Part shown: piece after piece, positions 22,561 to 35,218 of the stretch | How positions within the stretch are numbered: the first letter of the stretch is position 1 | Layout: the number at the start of each line of letters is the position of its first letter | Assembly: GCA_963849325.1 (NCBI GenBank) | Contig: CAWKHF010000010.1 | Span: 448,001 to 512,000, forward strand | DNA length: 64,000 nt | DNA from: an uncultured Planctomycetota bacterium | Lineage (GTDB): Bacteria; Planctomycetota; Planctomycetia; Gemmatales; Gemmataceae | Direction: 5' to 3' | Made by a program: the position numbers and the translations under genes | Notes under the pieces: model-generated | The model's database searches: none | Seen by the model: the letters and a program-made list of their open reading frames with translations, nothing else | Told to the model about the DNA's origin: nothing

Positions 22561-23432
22561 ATGTTCGGGCTTCGCATTTCGTCGTGGAAGATGGGGTTTC
22601 TGGCCGTGGCCGGGCTGATGTTGGCGAGCGGAGCAGCCCTGGCGCATGGCGGAGGCGGGGGCGGGGGTCATGGTGGTGGCGGCGGACACGGGGGCGGCGC
22701 GCACGTTGGCGGTGGTCATTCCGGCGGTATGCACTTCGGCGGCGGTTACTATGGCGGCACCGGCATCGGACGCTACGGCGGCATCGGCATCGGCCGTTAC
22801 AGCAGCGTGGGAGGTGGATACCGGAGTGGAATTGGCTATTACTCTCCCGGCGTCTACGGCAGCTACAATCGCGGCTACGGACTCAACGGCGGTCGCTACG
22901 GCTACGGCGCCGGACTTTACGGTCTCGGGTACGGACTCGGCCTGGGTCTCGGTTACGGCTTTGGTTACGGCGGTCTTGGCTACGGCGGCTATGGTGGCGG
23001 CTACGGATACCCCTATAGCAACTACGGCTATGGCAGCGGCGGCTATCCCTATGCCTATGGCAACGGCTATACCTATGGCACGCCGGCTCTCAACGCCTAC
23101 TCCGCTTACTATCCGCCGACGGCCGGGGCCGCTCAAGGAACCCAGCGCCGCCGAAAGACAACGCGGCCCACTTGCTGATCGTCGTCCCCGAGGGAGCCGA
23201 ACTGTGGTTCAATGGCACGCAGACCTCTCAGACGGGTTCCCAGCGCGAGTTCGTCTCGCCGCCGTTGACCCCCGGCAAGGGGTACACCTACGAGATCAAG
23301 GCGCGCTGGACGGAGAACGACAAACCCGTCGAGCAGACGCGCTCGGTCCACGTGCAGGCCAATGCCTGGCAGGTGATCGACTTCACCAAGCCGCAAATGC
23401 CCGCCGTCCCCGAGGGACCGTCCGAGAAGTAA
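22561..23432 (+). CDS. Secreted Gly/Tyr-rich protein with planctomycete TIGR03000 domain, frameshift ~23135
   Basis: Signal peptide, long GY-rich tract, then VPEGAELWFNG...REFVSPPLTPGKGYTYEIKARW. Confidence 0.85.
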
Positions 23433-23448
23433 GGACGAGCGGACCCAA

Positions 23449-23497
23449 CCGAGCCGCGACCGTGAGGGAGCGGTGTTTTCTCACGGTCGCGGCTCGG
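23449..23497. repeat. REP-like hairpin between convergent genes
   Basis: ccgagccgcgaccgtgag ... ctcacggtcgcggctcgg. Confidence 0.85.
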
Positions 23498-23506
23498 ACG
23501 GCATCT

Positions 23507-23884
23507 TCATCCGCATTCGTGCAGGAAGGGTCGCAACTGTTCCTCCATCTCGCGCAACGAGTGGACGCAGAGTCCAACACCGCCCTGTTCGCGGATGTCT
23601 TGCAGAAACGCCTCCTGCTCGGCACGCGGCTTTTCGCCGGGCTTTTTCACCTCGATGGCGAGGAAATTCCCGAAGGTCTCTTTACTACCGTCGGCCAGGC
23701 GGACGGTCTGGGGCAAAATGCCGAGAATGTCGGATACGCCGCGCAGGCCGTGAAAGCCGCGGTGGACCTTCTTCACCGGGTCGAAGATCCCGGTGTTGTT
23801 CATTCGCCACGCCTTGATGCGGTGCAACGCCAGCCAATCCAGGCAAGCCCGCACGATGTCCGTTTCCTTCGTAGTCCATCGCAT
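23507..23884 (-). CDS. VRR-NUC domain nuclease
   Basis: ETDIVRAC, GVSDILG, AIEVKKPGEK, EQEAFL, GGVGLCVHS: PD-(D/E)XK VRR-NUC pattern. Confidence 0.8.
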   Translation of the reverse strand: MRWTTKETDIVRACLDWLALHRIKAWRMNNTGIFDPVKKVHRGFHGLRGVSDILGILPQTVRLADGSKETFGNFLAIEVKKPGEKPRAEQEAFLQDIREQGGVGLCVHSLREMEEQLRPFLHECG

Positions 23885-23953
23885 GATGCTCCCTCCCGTA
23901 CTGTACATCGGTACGGTTGCGGAAGGACTTGAATGGCTTCCCGTAAGCTCGGG

Positions 23954-24283
23954 TCAGCGATAGTCTTCGCGGATGGGATGGAAGATGTCGAGGGCGCGCA
24001 CTGGCTCGTCGAGGGCGATGACCTTGTGGCGGACGTGGCCGGGGATGCGGTACAGGTCGCCGGCTTGAAGGGTCTTCTGTTCGTCACCGATGAAGAAGAT
24101 GGCCCGACCCTGCACGATCATGCCGACCTGTTCGTGCGGATGGGCATGCTCTTCGACGATGGCGTGCGGGGCCAGATCGACCACGGAAAGCATCATCTGG
24201 TCAGCCGCGCACGTCTGAATCCGTACGCCGGGGAAGATGGTATGCTGGCTGAGTTCGTCCGAACGGGGGAAAAACAGGCTCAT
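23954..24283 (-). CDS. Cupin domain protein
   Basis: EHAHPHEQ and IPGHVRH metal-binding motifs, LDIFHPIREDY. Confidence 0.88.
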   Translation of the reverse strand: MSLFFPRSDELSQHTIFPGVRIQTCAADQMMLSVVDLAPHAIVEEHAHPHEQVGMIVQGRAIFFIGDEQKTLQAGDLYRIPGHVRHKVIALDEPVRALDIFHPIREDYR

Positions 24284-24293
24284 GGAGACCCCC

Positions 24294-24348
24294 AATGCGG
24301 AATGCCGAATGAAGACGAGATTTGTCTTTCATTCGGCATTCGGCATTC
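24294..24348. repeat. Heptamer-based inverted repeat
   Basis: aatgcggaatgccgaatgaa ... ttcattcggcattcggcatt. Confidence 0.75.
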
Positions 24349-24358
24349 CACGTTGATT

Positions 24359-25525
24359 TCAGCGGCCGCCATTAATCATGTAGTGGAACTCGGCGCTCTG
24401 CTTGATGACCAGACTCATGCGAACGGGGTCGAAGGAGATGGTGCCAGGTCCGCCGCGTCCTTCCCAGCTGTCCGGGTCGATGCCCTGGATCTGGCTGATA
24501 ATCATGCCGATGGCCTGCATCATCTGGAATCGATTGGCGATGGCTGGCAGCATGGGGCTGGCGACACCCATGAGATCGCCGACATAATAGGTCCGTGTTG
24601 TCAGCATCTCCTTGGCGCGGGCGATGGTCGTCACTTCGATGCTCTCGTTGCGGATGATATAGGTCAGGCCAAGGTCGGCGAGCACGCGCTTGAGGGCGGT
24701 GCGGGCACTGACGGGTTTATTGAAACGCAGGGTGACGGGCGTGTCGTAGGTGACGTTCGCTTCCTCCATCGCCCGCTTGTCGAGGAGGATGTTCTGGCCC
24801 ATGTGCTTGGAAAGGTGGTCGATGACGCTCTGGAAGGTTTCCATGTTGTAGTCCACCTCGACGGGCTTCTTGAGCGCTTCGAGGAGTGCGCGCTCGCGCG
24901 CGGTCAGCTTGGCCTGTGGAGACCGCTTCTTCGATTTCTCCAGCCAGTCGGCCGGCAGATCATAGTCGGAAGCCGCTGGCGTCGCCGACTTGACGACCTG
25001 ATCGACGGTGCCGGTGAAGCGATCGCCGGCCTTGTCGCGGACAGAGTGAACGTCGGCGATGCGCGTGGACATCGAGTTGATGCGCGAGGCGGCGGTGTCG
25101 TAGGCGGATTTTTTGTCGGCGCCGGCGCGGGGGTCCGCCGGACGGCGTGCTTCGAGCTGTGCGGCGCGGGTGGCGGGATCGCTCGTCCGGCGGACACCGG
25201 CCAGCGCTCGCAGAGAGGTGAGGTCGCGCTCCAGCGTCTTCATCAACGATGCGCGCTTCTCCGCGGAGAGGGCCGTGTCCTTGCGGAGTGTCCCGATCAG
25301 ACCCTTGATGATGTCAAAGACCCCATTGGGATCGCTGCGGAGAAGACGATACGCCTGCATGCGCCCGTCCTGAATCTCTTTCTCGATGCGCTGCGCCTCG
25401 ATTTTCAGACGTTCCCGCACGTCAGGCAGCGGATCGCGCGGTGGGTCCGCCGCCGGAGCGGCGAGCGTGCTGAGAGTCAACGAACAGACAGCAACCGAAA
25501 TGATGCGGCGCAGGGCTGCGGACAT
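24359..25525 (-). CDS. Secreted planctomycete protein with STN/secretin-N-like domain
   Basis: Signal peptide; FQSVIDHLSKHMGQNILLD, TRTYYVGDL, IDPDSWEGRGGPGTI, LVIKQS. Confidence 0.7.
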   Translation of the reverse strand: MSAALRRIISVAVCSLTLSTLAAPAADPPRDPLPDVRERLKIEAQRIEKEIQDGRMQAYRLLRSDPNGVFDIIKGLIGTLRKDTALSAEKRASLMKTLERDLTSLRALAGVRRTSDPATRAAQLEARRPADPRAGADKKSAYDTAASRINSMSTRIADVHSVRDKAGDRFTGTVDQVVKSATPAASDYDLPADWLEKSKKRSPQAKLTARERALLEALKKPVEVDYNMETFQSVIDHLSKHMGQNILLDKRAMEEANVTYDTPVTLRFNKPVSARTALKRVLADLGLTYIIRNESIEVTTIARAKEMLTTRTYYVGDLMGVASPMLPAIANRFQMMQAIGMIISQIQGIDPDSWEGRGGPGTISFDPVRMSLVIKQSAEFHYMINGGR

Positions 25526-25724
25526 CGGCGTTCCCCCTCCAGGTTGAAGACAGACGCACCAGCCTTCTCCCTTTTGTTTAACCTATCGTGCCGGCGATGG
25601 TTTCGCCAGCGGAAAACCCGTCGGCGGGAGGCATTCGCGCCCGCTCCCCCTACCAGGCGACAAAGCCGGCAAAGGACGCGAAGGCCATCCATTCGGCCTC
25701 GATACCCGTTCGCCTTCTCGCCCC

Positions 25725-25754
25725 TTGACGTTGGTGCGGAGTACACCCTAAGAT
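25725..25754 (+). promoter_or_regulatory. Candidate sigma70 promoter of tRNA-Leu
   Basis: TTGACG - 18 nt - TAAGAT, about 40 nt upstream of the tRNA. Confidence 0.5.
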
Positions 25755-25793
25755 ATTGCACACCCTCACGACCCCTGCCCGAGGAGGGCGGTT

Positions 25794-25878
25794 GCCGAAG
25801 TGGCGGAACTGGCAGACGCGCCAGGTTCAGGACCTGGTTCCCTTAACGGGAGTGGAGGTTCGAGTCCTCTCTTCGGCA
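25794..25878 (+). tRNA. tRNA-Leu(CAG)
   Basis: Acceptor stem GCCGAAG/CTTCGGC, anticodon arm CCAGG-TTCAGGA-CCTGG, long variable arm, GGTTCGAGTCC. CCA not fully encoded. Confidence 0.96.
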
Positions 25879-26153
25879 CCTTCCAACAACGGCACTTACG
25901 TCCAATCGGCGTGAGTGCCGTTCGCATGGACGGACCTATCGGCCCAACAGACCGGGCATTGGTGGGGCATTGGCAAAGGGTTTCTTGACCATGCTCGCCG
26001 CTCGATCGAGTCCTCGATCGAGCCAAAAAAATGTTTGTCTCTCTCCGATGTCCTGGTTAAGCTGAGGAGCATCCCAGGTTTAACCGGTTGCGTTCCCGGT
26101 TCCCTCCGATGAGGTGCCTCTCCCGGAGCGCGGCCCTGACAAGGAGCACAGCC

Positions 26154-26591
26154 ATGACGATGGTCCGGGACATTCTGACGAAGAAGGGATCGCACGTCTG
26201 GACGATCGGCGCTCAGGCGACGGTCCTGGAGGCGGCCCGATTCATGACCGAGCACAAGGTCGGCGCCGTCCTGGTTCTCGGCGGCGAGCGCATCGAGGGC
26301 ATGTTCAGCGAACGCGATGTTTTGCAGCGCGTGGTCGCCGAGGGGCGCGATCCCACGCGCACGACCGTCGGTGAGGTGATGACGGTGGAGGTCGCGTGCT
26401 GCACTCCCGAAACGCACATCGAAGAAGCCCGCGGCGCCATGAAGAATCGACGCATCCGCCATCTCCCGGTCGTGGACGGACAGGAACGTTTGCTCGGCGT
26501 CATCTCCATCGGCGATCTCAACGCCTACCAGGTCGCGGACCAGGAGCAGACCATTTTCCTCCTCAACGAATATCTCTACGGCCGCGTCTGA
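26154..26591 (+). CDS. CBS domain-pair protein
   Basis: VRDILTKKG, GMFSERD, RIRHLPVV, GVISIGDL; RBS AAGGAG. Confidence 0.92.
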   Translation: MTMVRDILTKKGSHVWTIGAQATVLEAARFMTEHKVGAVLVLGGERIEGMFSERDVLQRVVAEGRDPTRTTVGEVMTVEVACCTPETHIEEARGAMKNRRIRHLPVVDGQERLLGVISIGDLNAYQVADQEQTIFLLNEYLYGRV

Positions 26592-26754
26592 GTCGTCGTG
26601 AACGGCGAGGCTCGGTCCTGGAAAGATCGAGAAAAATTCGACCGAGCCTCTTGCCGCACGCGCGGGACGGTGTAAAAAACATGAATCCTTCGTGGGAAGC
26701 AAAACGTCTAATTTCTCACGAACGGTTGCGATGGCCCCTCTGGGGCGAACGCAG

Positions 26755-26768
26755 TGCTCTTTGACAAT
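26755..26768 (+). promoter_or_regulatory. rrn boxA-like antitermination site
   Basis: TGCTCTTTGACAAT in the 23S leader resembles boxA TGCTCTTTAACA. Confidence 0.7.
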
Positions 26769-26993
26769 TTGGCAGCGGTAGAAGTTGCAATTCACGAGCA
26801 ACGGCGGCACAGCGAGCTTTGGCAAACTGTGCTGACGTTTCTTGCGATCTCTGCATGAGCCCGAGAGAGAGTAGGATCGTTACTCCTCCCACCCGACGTT
26901 GGCCGCCTGGCCGCGACGAGGTGGGGCGGTAACTTGGAAGCGATGCCGGCTTCGGTACGGTGGGTCTCCACCAGCCCGAGGGCGGGATCAATG

Positions 26994-29878
<2,885 letters not shown>

Positions 29879-29969
29879 ATTGATCCTGCTCTCGGACCCC
29901 CACCAGGGTCCGATCCTGGACGGACCATGCAGAGAGAATTGCGACTTCGACCGCTGCCAGATCATACAA

Positions 29970-30056
29970 AGCATTCAGCGATCAGCCGTCAGCGATCAGC
30001 CAGACAAGAATCATGTCTGTGTTTGGCTGATCGCTGACGGCTGATCGCTGAATGCT
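29970..30056. repeat. Heptamer-based inverted repeat in the 23S-5S spacer
   Basis: agcattcagcgatcagccgtcagcgatcagcca ... tggctgatcgctgacggctgatcgctgaatgct. Confidence 0.88.
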
Positions 30057-30063
30057 AAGAGCT

Positions 30064-30175
30064 TTCCCGGTGAGCAGACCTGGATGGCCCCACCCGTTCC
30101 CATTCCGAACACGGCCGTTAAGCATCCAGGGCCGATGGTAGTCCTTCGCGGGCGAGAGTAGGGTATCGCCGGGGA
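30064..30175 (+). rRNA. rrf: 5S rRNA (short type, about 110 nt)
   Basis: CACCCGTTCCCATTCCGAACACGG, GCCGATGGTAGT, GAGAGTAGG; terminal helix CCCGGTGA/TCGCCGGG. Confidence 0.95.
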
Positions 30176-30180
30176 TTTTT

Positions 30181-30218
30181 CGACGCCCCCTGCAAGAACA
30201 TGCAGGGGGCGTCGCCTT
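30181..30218 (+). terminator. Hairpin after 5S rRNA
   Basis: cgacgccccctgca-agaaca-tgcagggggcgtcg; weak U-tract. Confidence 0.6.
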
Positions 30219-30272
30219 CGCGCACGTGCTGTCACGCTAAGCCGCAAGTGGCAAAATGCGGAGTTACCCCGT

Positions 30273-31424
30273 ATGTCCGCTCGCTTTTCTCTGGGATTAT
30301 TCCTTATCCTCCTTCTTCTAAGTCTCTCGCTCTCGGTTCCTGCCGCACTCGATATCTCGCTTCCGACAAAAAAAGATTCTCCGTCTCCTGCCGCGCCTGA
30401 ACCGAAGATTGTCAGCCTGCAATCTCCTTCCATTAAACCAAGCCTGGCCCTTACCGAATTGACCAAGCAAACAGGTATCCATGTCGAGTTCATCACCGGT
30501 ATCTCCGACGCGCCGATCCGCCTGGACCTGAAGAATGTGACTTTCTGGCAGGCGCTCGATGCCATCGCCGCCGCCTGTGACGCTCGGGTCGATCTCTACC
30601 CCACTAGCGGACGAATCCTCCTGGCCCGACGCGGAGCCACCTATCGCCTGCCGCCAATCAGCTACGACGGGCGTTTCCGGCTCTGCGTCAAGAAAGTGAC
30701 GGTCCTGCGCGACCTGGAAATCCGCGACGACGACCCCGCTCACGGTGCTTGCAACCTCGCCGTCGAAGTCGCCTGGGATCCGGAACTCCAGCCGCTTTAT
30801 CTGGAGACTCGGCCGCACGCCGTTCGCCTAATCGACGAGAAGGACCAGGCCATCGCCGTCCCCGACGAGGGTAGTTCGCTCGCCCCGGTGGACGGCCTTA
30901 TTGCCCTTGTCCTCGATTTACGACTGCCGGCCCTGCCACGCCGTATCGCCACCATCCGCAGCCTGGAGGGCAAACTGTCGATGATTGGCCCCAGCAAAAT
31001 GCTGAGCTTTACCTTCGACACGCTCGACCGGCTCTCCAGGGCGACCGTCAACGATCCCGAACGCCGGCTCACGCAGGAGGGCGTGACTTGCCACATCTCT
31101 CGGGTGTTCCTCGATCGGGACCGCTGGACCATCCAGGTGACCATCGATTACCCACCCGGCATGAAGCAACTCGACAGCAACCAGTCCTGGGTGGTCAACA
31201 ATGAGATGGTGCTGGAATCGCTCGACGGCAAGAAGCGCTTCGCCAACAGCGGATACGTCCTGGAAACGGCAACGCCGCGCCAGGCCGTTTTGAGTTACCA
31301 CTTCCTCGACAAGGGTGCGATGGTACGCGGCAAGGCGAGCGACTGGAAGGTGATTTATCGCACGCCGGCCAACCTCCTCGATGTGCCGATCCGATTCGCA
31401 TTCAAGGACATCCCGCTGCCTTGA
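30273..31424 (+). CDS. Secreted planctomycete hypothetical protein
   Basis: Signal peptide; LTELTKQTG, VTFWQALDAI, EVAWDP, terminal FAFKDIPLP. Confidence 0.75.
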   Translation: MSARFSLGLFLILLLLSLSLSVPAALDISLPTKKDSPSPAAPEPKIVSLQSPSIKPSLALTELTKQTGIHVEFITGISDAPIRLDLKNVTFWQALDAIAAACDARVDLYPTSGRILLARRGATYRLPPISYDGRFRLCVKKVTVLRDLEIRDDDPAHGACNLAVEVAWDPELQPLYLETRPHAVRLIDEKDQAIAVPDEGSSLAPVDGLIALVLDLRLPALPRRIATIRSLEGKLSMIGPSKMLSFTFDTLDRLSRATVNDPERRLTQEGVTCHISRVFLDRDRWTIQVTIDYPPGMKQLDSNQSWVVNNEMVLESLDGKKRFANSGYVLETATPRQAVLSYHFLDKGAMVRGKASDWKVIYRTPANLLDVPIRFAFKDIPLP

Positions 31425-31544
31425 CGGGGCGGACGCTGCGCTCGCCGGTTCGTGCTAAAATGGTATACTGACTATTTCTGAGGTCCGTGCGCCGCGGGTG
31501 GAAGGATGCGGCGGCACCGCCATCGCCCAGTGTCAGGGACGTTC

Positions 31545-33798
31545 ATGGCCACGTTTCAGCCTGCCGACAACCTCCGTTCGCGGACCTTCCTTGGCGCTGC
31601 TCGTGGCGCAGTTCCTCGCCGCCTTCAACGATCAGGCCATCCACGCCTCGGCGATGTTCTTCGCCATCAACAAGGGCGCGCTCAACGAGGCCCAGGCCAT
31701 CTCGCTGATGCCGGTGCTGTTTTACGCTCCGTGGGCACTGTTCTGCACCGTGGCCGGCTACCTCGCCGATCGCTACAGCAAACGCAACTCGCTGGTCTTC
31801 TGGAAGGTCGCCGAGGTCGGCATCACGTTGATCGCCCTGCTCGGCTTCTGGCTGGGCACGCAGGGCTACCAGGCCGGGCCGTTCCTCGTGCTGTCCACCG
31901 TCTTCCTCATGGGTACGCACAGCGCCTTTTTCGTGCCGGCCAAGTACGGCGCCATGCCGGAGATCCTGCAGCCGCAAATGCTGTCGCGCGGCAACGGCGT
32001 GCTCGAATCGCTGTCGTTTCTGGCCGTCATCCTCGGCACGGTGTTCGGCGGCATCCTGTCGGAGTATTACGGAGGTCAGGAGTACCTCATCGGCATCATC
32101 CTGACGGGGCTGGCGGTCCTCGGGGCGGCGGCCAGTCTGTTCATCCACCGCATGCCGGCGGCGAATCCGCGGCGGACGTTTCCGCCCTACGTCTTTGGCC
32201 CGTTGTGGACGAGCATCCGCGAACTGATGCGTTCGCGGCCGTTGGCCCTGGCGGTCATCGGCATCGCCTTCTTCACCTTCGTCGTCTCCTTCATGCGGGC
32301 CACGGTGTACATGCACGGCGAATCGCACGTGCCGCGCTGGTCGGAGTCGGAGACGAGCATGGTCGTCGGCATGGTGGCGCTGGGCATCGGCCTGGGCAGC
32401 CCGCTGGTGGGCTTCCTGTCCGGCGGCAAGGTCGAGCTGGGCCTGGTGCCCGTCGGCGCCGCCGGCATGATCGTCGCCGCCTGCGTGGCCGCGCCGCTGC
32501 TGGATCGACTGCAAGCGCTCATCGTCTGCATCATCGGCATCGGCTTTTTCACCGGCTTCTACATCGTCCCCCTGTTCACTCTCTTGCAGCACCGGGCGCC
32601 CAGGACGAGCAAGGGCGACTCGATTGCGACGAGCAACTTCATCAACGTCACCGGCGCCACCGCGGCCACCTTGCTCTTTTACGTACTCGTCTTCGGCGCC
32701 CAGCGCGTCGGCCTCGCTCCGCCGGCCGGGGAACTGACCGACCGGGTAGCCGTGGGTCCGTTGCTCGAAGATCCCGAGTACGTCCACGGTCGGCCGCATC
32801 GTTTCGTGATCGCCCGGGTGCCGCCGCCGATCGCCGTCGCCGGCATGATCGGCTTGCTCGGCACGCCGAACCTCTCGGCCCCTCTTCTGACGGCGACGAC
32901 TAGCCGCGTCGAACAGAAGGTGGTCACGGCCAACCACCGCGGCCGCCGCAAGACCGCCATCGAGACCGACGACGAGCTGATCGACGCCTTTGGCCAGCGC
33001 CTCAAGAAAGGCGACGTGGTCGTCGAGAGCACGTACAAGCTGGGCAAGGTGAAGCACCATCGCCTGCGCCGCGAGGGACAGGAGATGAAGCCCGTCTACA
33101 ACAACTCGGGTCTGCCGCGTTTGCTGTTCCTCGGGGCCGGCCTCATGACGTTGTGTACGCTGATGCTCTTGTGGTGGCAGATGCCGGACCTGTTCCTGCG
33201 GACGCTGATCTGGTTGCGAACGCAGCCGCGCTTTCGCCTGGAGATCGACGGCCTGAATAACTTGCCGGACAACGGCCCGGTCGTGCTGGTCACCAACGCG
33301 CAAGGCGTCGAGAGCTGCCTGCACGTCCTCAGCGCGACGGATCGGACGACGCGCTTCGTGCTGGTCGAAGAGGATACGCCACTGCGCTCGCCGTGGTGGC
33401 TGCGGCTGACCGCGGCGCGGCCTCTGCTCGCACAGTGGCAGCCCGGAACGAATGGAGTGGACGGGCACGTCCTCGAACGGAAAGCCGAGGAAGTGCTGGC
33501 GCGCAAGGGCGTGGTCGGTCTGTCGCTGGGCGGGACGGATGGAGGGGCGATGGCGGAACGGTTACTGGGCGAATTGGCCCTAAGGCGGCCGGTGCCCGTG
33601 CTGCCGGTCTGGTACGAGCCGGCGCCGGCGTCGGAGAAAAACAGACGACAACGCATTTACATCCTGGGCGGTCGGCTGCTGCCGGCGGGGAGTTTGGCTG
33701 CGGACGTGGAACGCGAACTTCAGCGTGTGTCCGAGGAATTCCGGGAGCGAATGAGGAGCGGAGAGGCGTTGCCCTACGTCGCATTCGCGGGACATTGA
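31545..33798 (+). CDS. LplT-like MFS transporter fused to a degenerate acyltransferase domain, frameshift ~31592
   Basis: True start MATFQPADNLRSRTFLG in another frame joins LLVAQFLAAFND; AGYLADRYSK, HSAFFVPAKYGAMPE, LSRGNG; C-terminal GLNNLPDNGPVVLVTN lacks the HxxxxD motif. Confidence 0.85.
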
Positions 33799-33824
33799 GC
33801 GCAGCAGCGCCAGACCCCAAGCGG

Positions 33825-35216
33825 CTAACGCACCGATTCCAGCGGTCGAACGCGCATGGCGGATAGGGCCGGTAGCAAACCGCCGATGTTGCCCATGCCC
33901 AGCGCGAACAGCAAGCCCCACATCAACACCTGCGCATCGACAACCAGCTTGAGCACGACGCTCTTGCCGCCGCCCTGACCGCTGCTGATAATGCTCGACG
34001 CCGTCCAGCCGTCCGCCAGCGTGCCCAGCAAGCAACCGATGCCGCCGCCCAGCACGGCCAAGAGCAGCGATTCGAGGAAGAACGACTCCAAAATCTGCCA
34101 GCGCGCGTAGCCGAGGATGCGCAGGACGCCGATGTCCTTCTGTCGCTGGCTGATGGCCGCGAACATCGTATTCATGATGCCGAACACGCCGCCCAGGGCC
34201 ATGAAGCCGGCGATGAACCAGGCCGCCACCAAGAACTGGCGGTTGGTGGCCGTCAGCTTCTCGTAATACTCCGTCTCCACCTGCGCGACGACGGCGGGAC
34301 TTTTGAAGTTGGCCGCCACGTCGAGGGCCGTGTCGCGGGCGGTCTCGGCGTCAGCGGTGCGCAGCACCACCGTCGTAAAACTGTCCTTGCCGAATTTCGG
34401 GCCGACGATCTGCTGCTTGGCCCAGATCTCCGAATCGAACGTCGAGCCGCTCGATTGCAGAATGCCGACGACGACCCACTGCTGATTGCCCATCGCAAAG
34501 ACGTCGCCGACCTCCAGGGAGGGCTTGCCCTGGTCCGGCCCCAGCTCGCGGGCGATGCCTTCGCCGAGGACGGCCTGAATGGCCTGTTCGCCGCTACCGC
34601 TGCCCGGCAGCGATTGAACGCCGGCAGCCGAGAACCACTGGCCGCCAGCGTGCAGCCCGATGTTGTGAACGAGGCCGGTGCGGACGGGATCTTTCAGGCC
34701 GCGCAGTTGCAGAAAGCGTCGCTGACGACCGCCCGGCGGGGCGTTGGGAATCGGCTGGTTGACGATAATGTAGACCTCCCAACTCGTCAACGGCTCGCCG
34801 TCCTCGTCCTTTTGCACCGTCGGCCAATGGTCGATGGTGGTGATGTCGCCGAAACCGAGACTGCTGAATGCCTCGTCGGTGGCGCCGTCGGACAGCACCA
34901 GTACGTTGGCCGGCTGGCCGCTCTTCTCGGTCAGGCGGTTCATGCCGTTGACGAAGGCGAGCATGACCGTGAACAGGCCGACGACGAAGGTGAAGGCCAG
35001 GCCGGTCAAGAGCGTCGTCGGCCAGCGGACGAGGAGGTTGCGCAGGTTGTAGCCGAAAGGCACGCTGCGCAGCACGCCCGCCATCTGCAAGAGCAGGACG
35101 AACGTCAGCGCCAGGCCCAGCAACAGCATGACCGCGACAACCGTGACGAGAATGCAGGCGACCGCGGCGGCCAGAACATAGACAATCCGTGTGACAATCT
35201 CCATGAACGGTGACAT
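33825..35216 (-). CDS. ABC transporter permease (MacB/FtsX family)
   Basis: YNLRNLLVRW, GIMNTMFAAISQRQKDIGVLRILG, GGLLPA. Confidence 0.9.
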   Translation of the reverse strand: MSPFMEIVTRIVYVLAAAVACILVTVVAVMLLLGLALTFVLLLQMAGVLRSVPFGYNLRNLLVRWPTTLLTGLAFTFVVGLFTVMLAFVNGMNRLTEKSGQPANVLVLSDGATDEAFSSLGFGDITTIDHWPTVQKDEDGEPLTSWEVYIIVNQPIPNAPPGGRQRRFLQLRGLKDPVRTGLVHNIGLHAGGQWFSAAGVQSLPGSGSGEQAIQAVLGEGIARELGPDQGKPSLEVGDVFAMGNQQWVVVGILQSSGSTFDSEIWAKQQIVGPKFGKDSFTTVVLRTADAETARDTALDVAANFKSPAVVAQVETEYYEKLTATNRQFLVAAWFIAGFMALGGVFGIMNTMFAAISQRQKDIGVLRILGYARWQILESFFLESLLLAVLGGGIGCLLGTLADGWTASSIISSGQGGGKSVVLKLVVDAQVLMWGLLFALGMGNIGGLLPALSAMRVRPLESVR

Positions 35217-35218
35217 CC

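Noticed and set aside
22650-23110. Repetitive GGCTAC-rich DNA as an array or CRISPR
   Set aside because: It is a Gly/Tyr low-complexity coding tract; no repeat-spacer pattern or cas gene is in the window.
23933-25846. 637-aa plus-strand ORF and similar long antisense ORFs (3166-4704, 31543-33468, 35210-36715, 55203-56708)
   Set aside because: Shadow frames of real genes in high-GC DNA, with no motifs.
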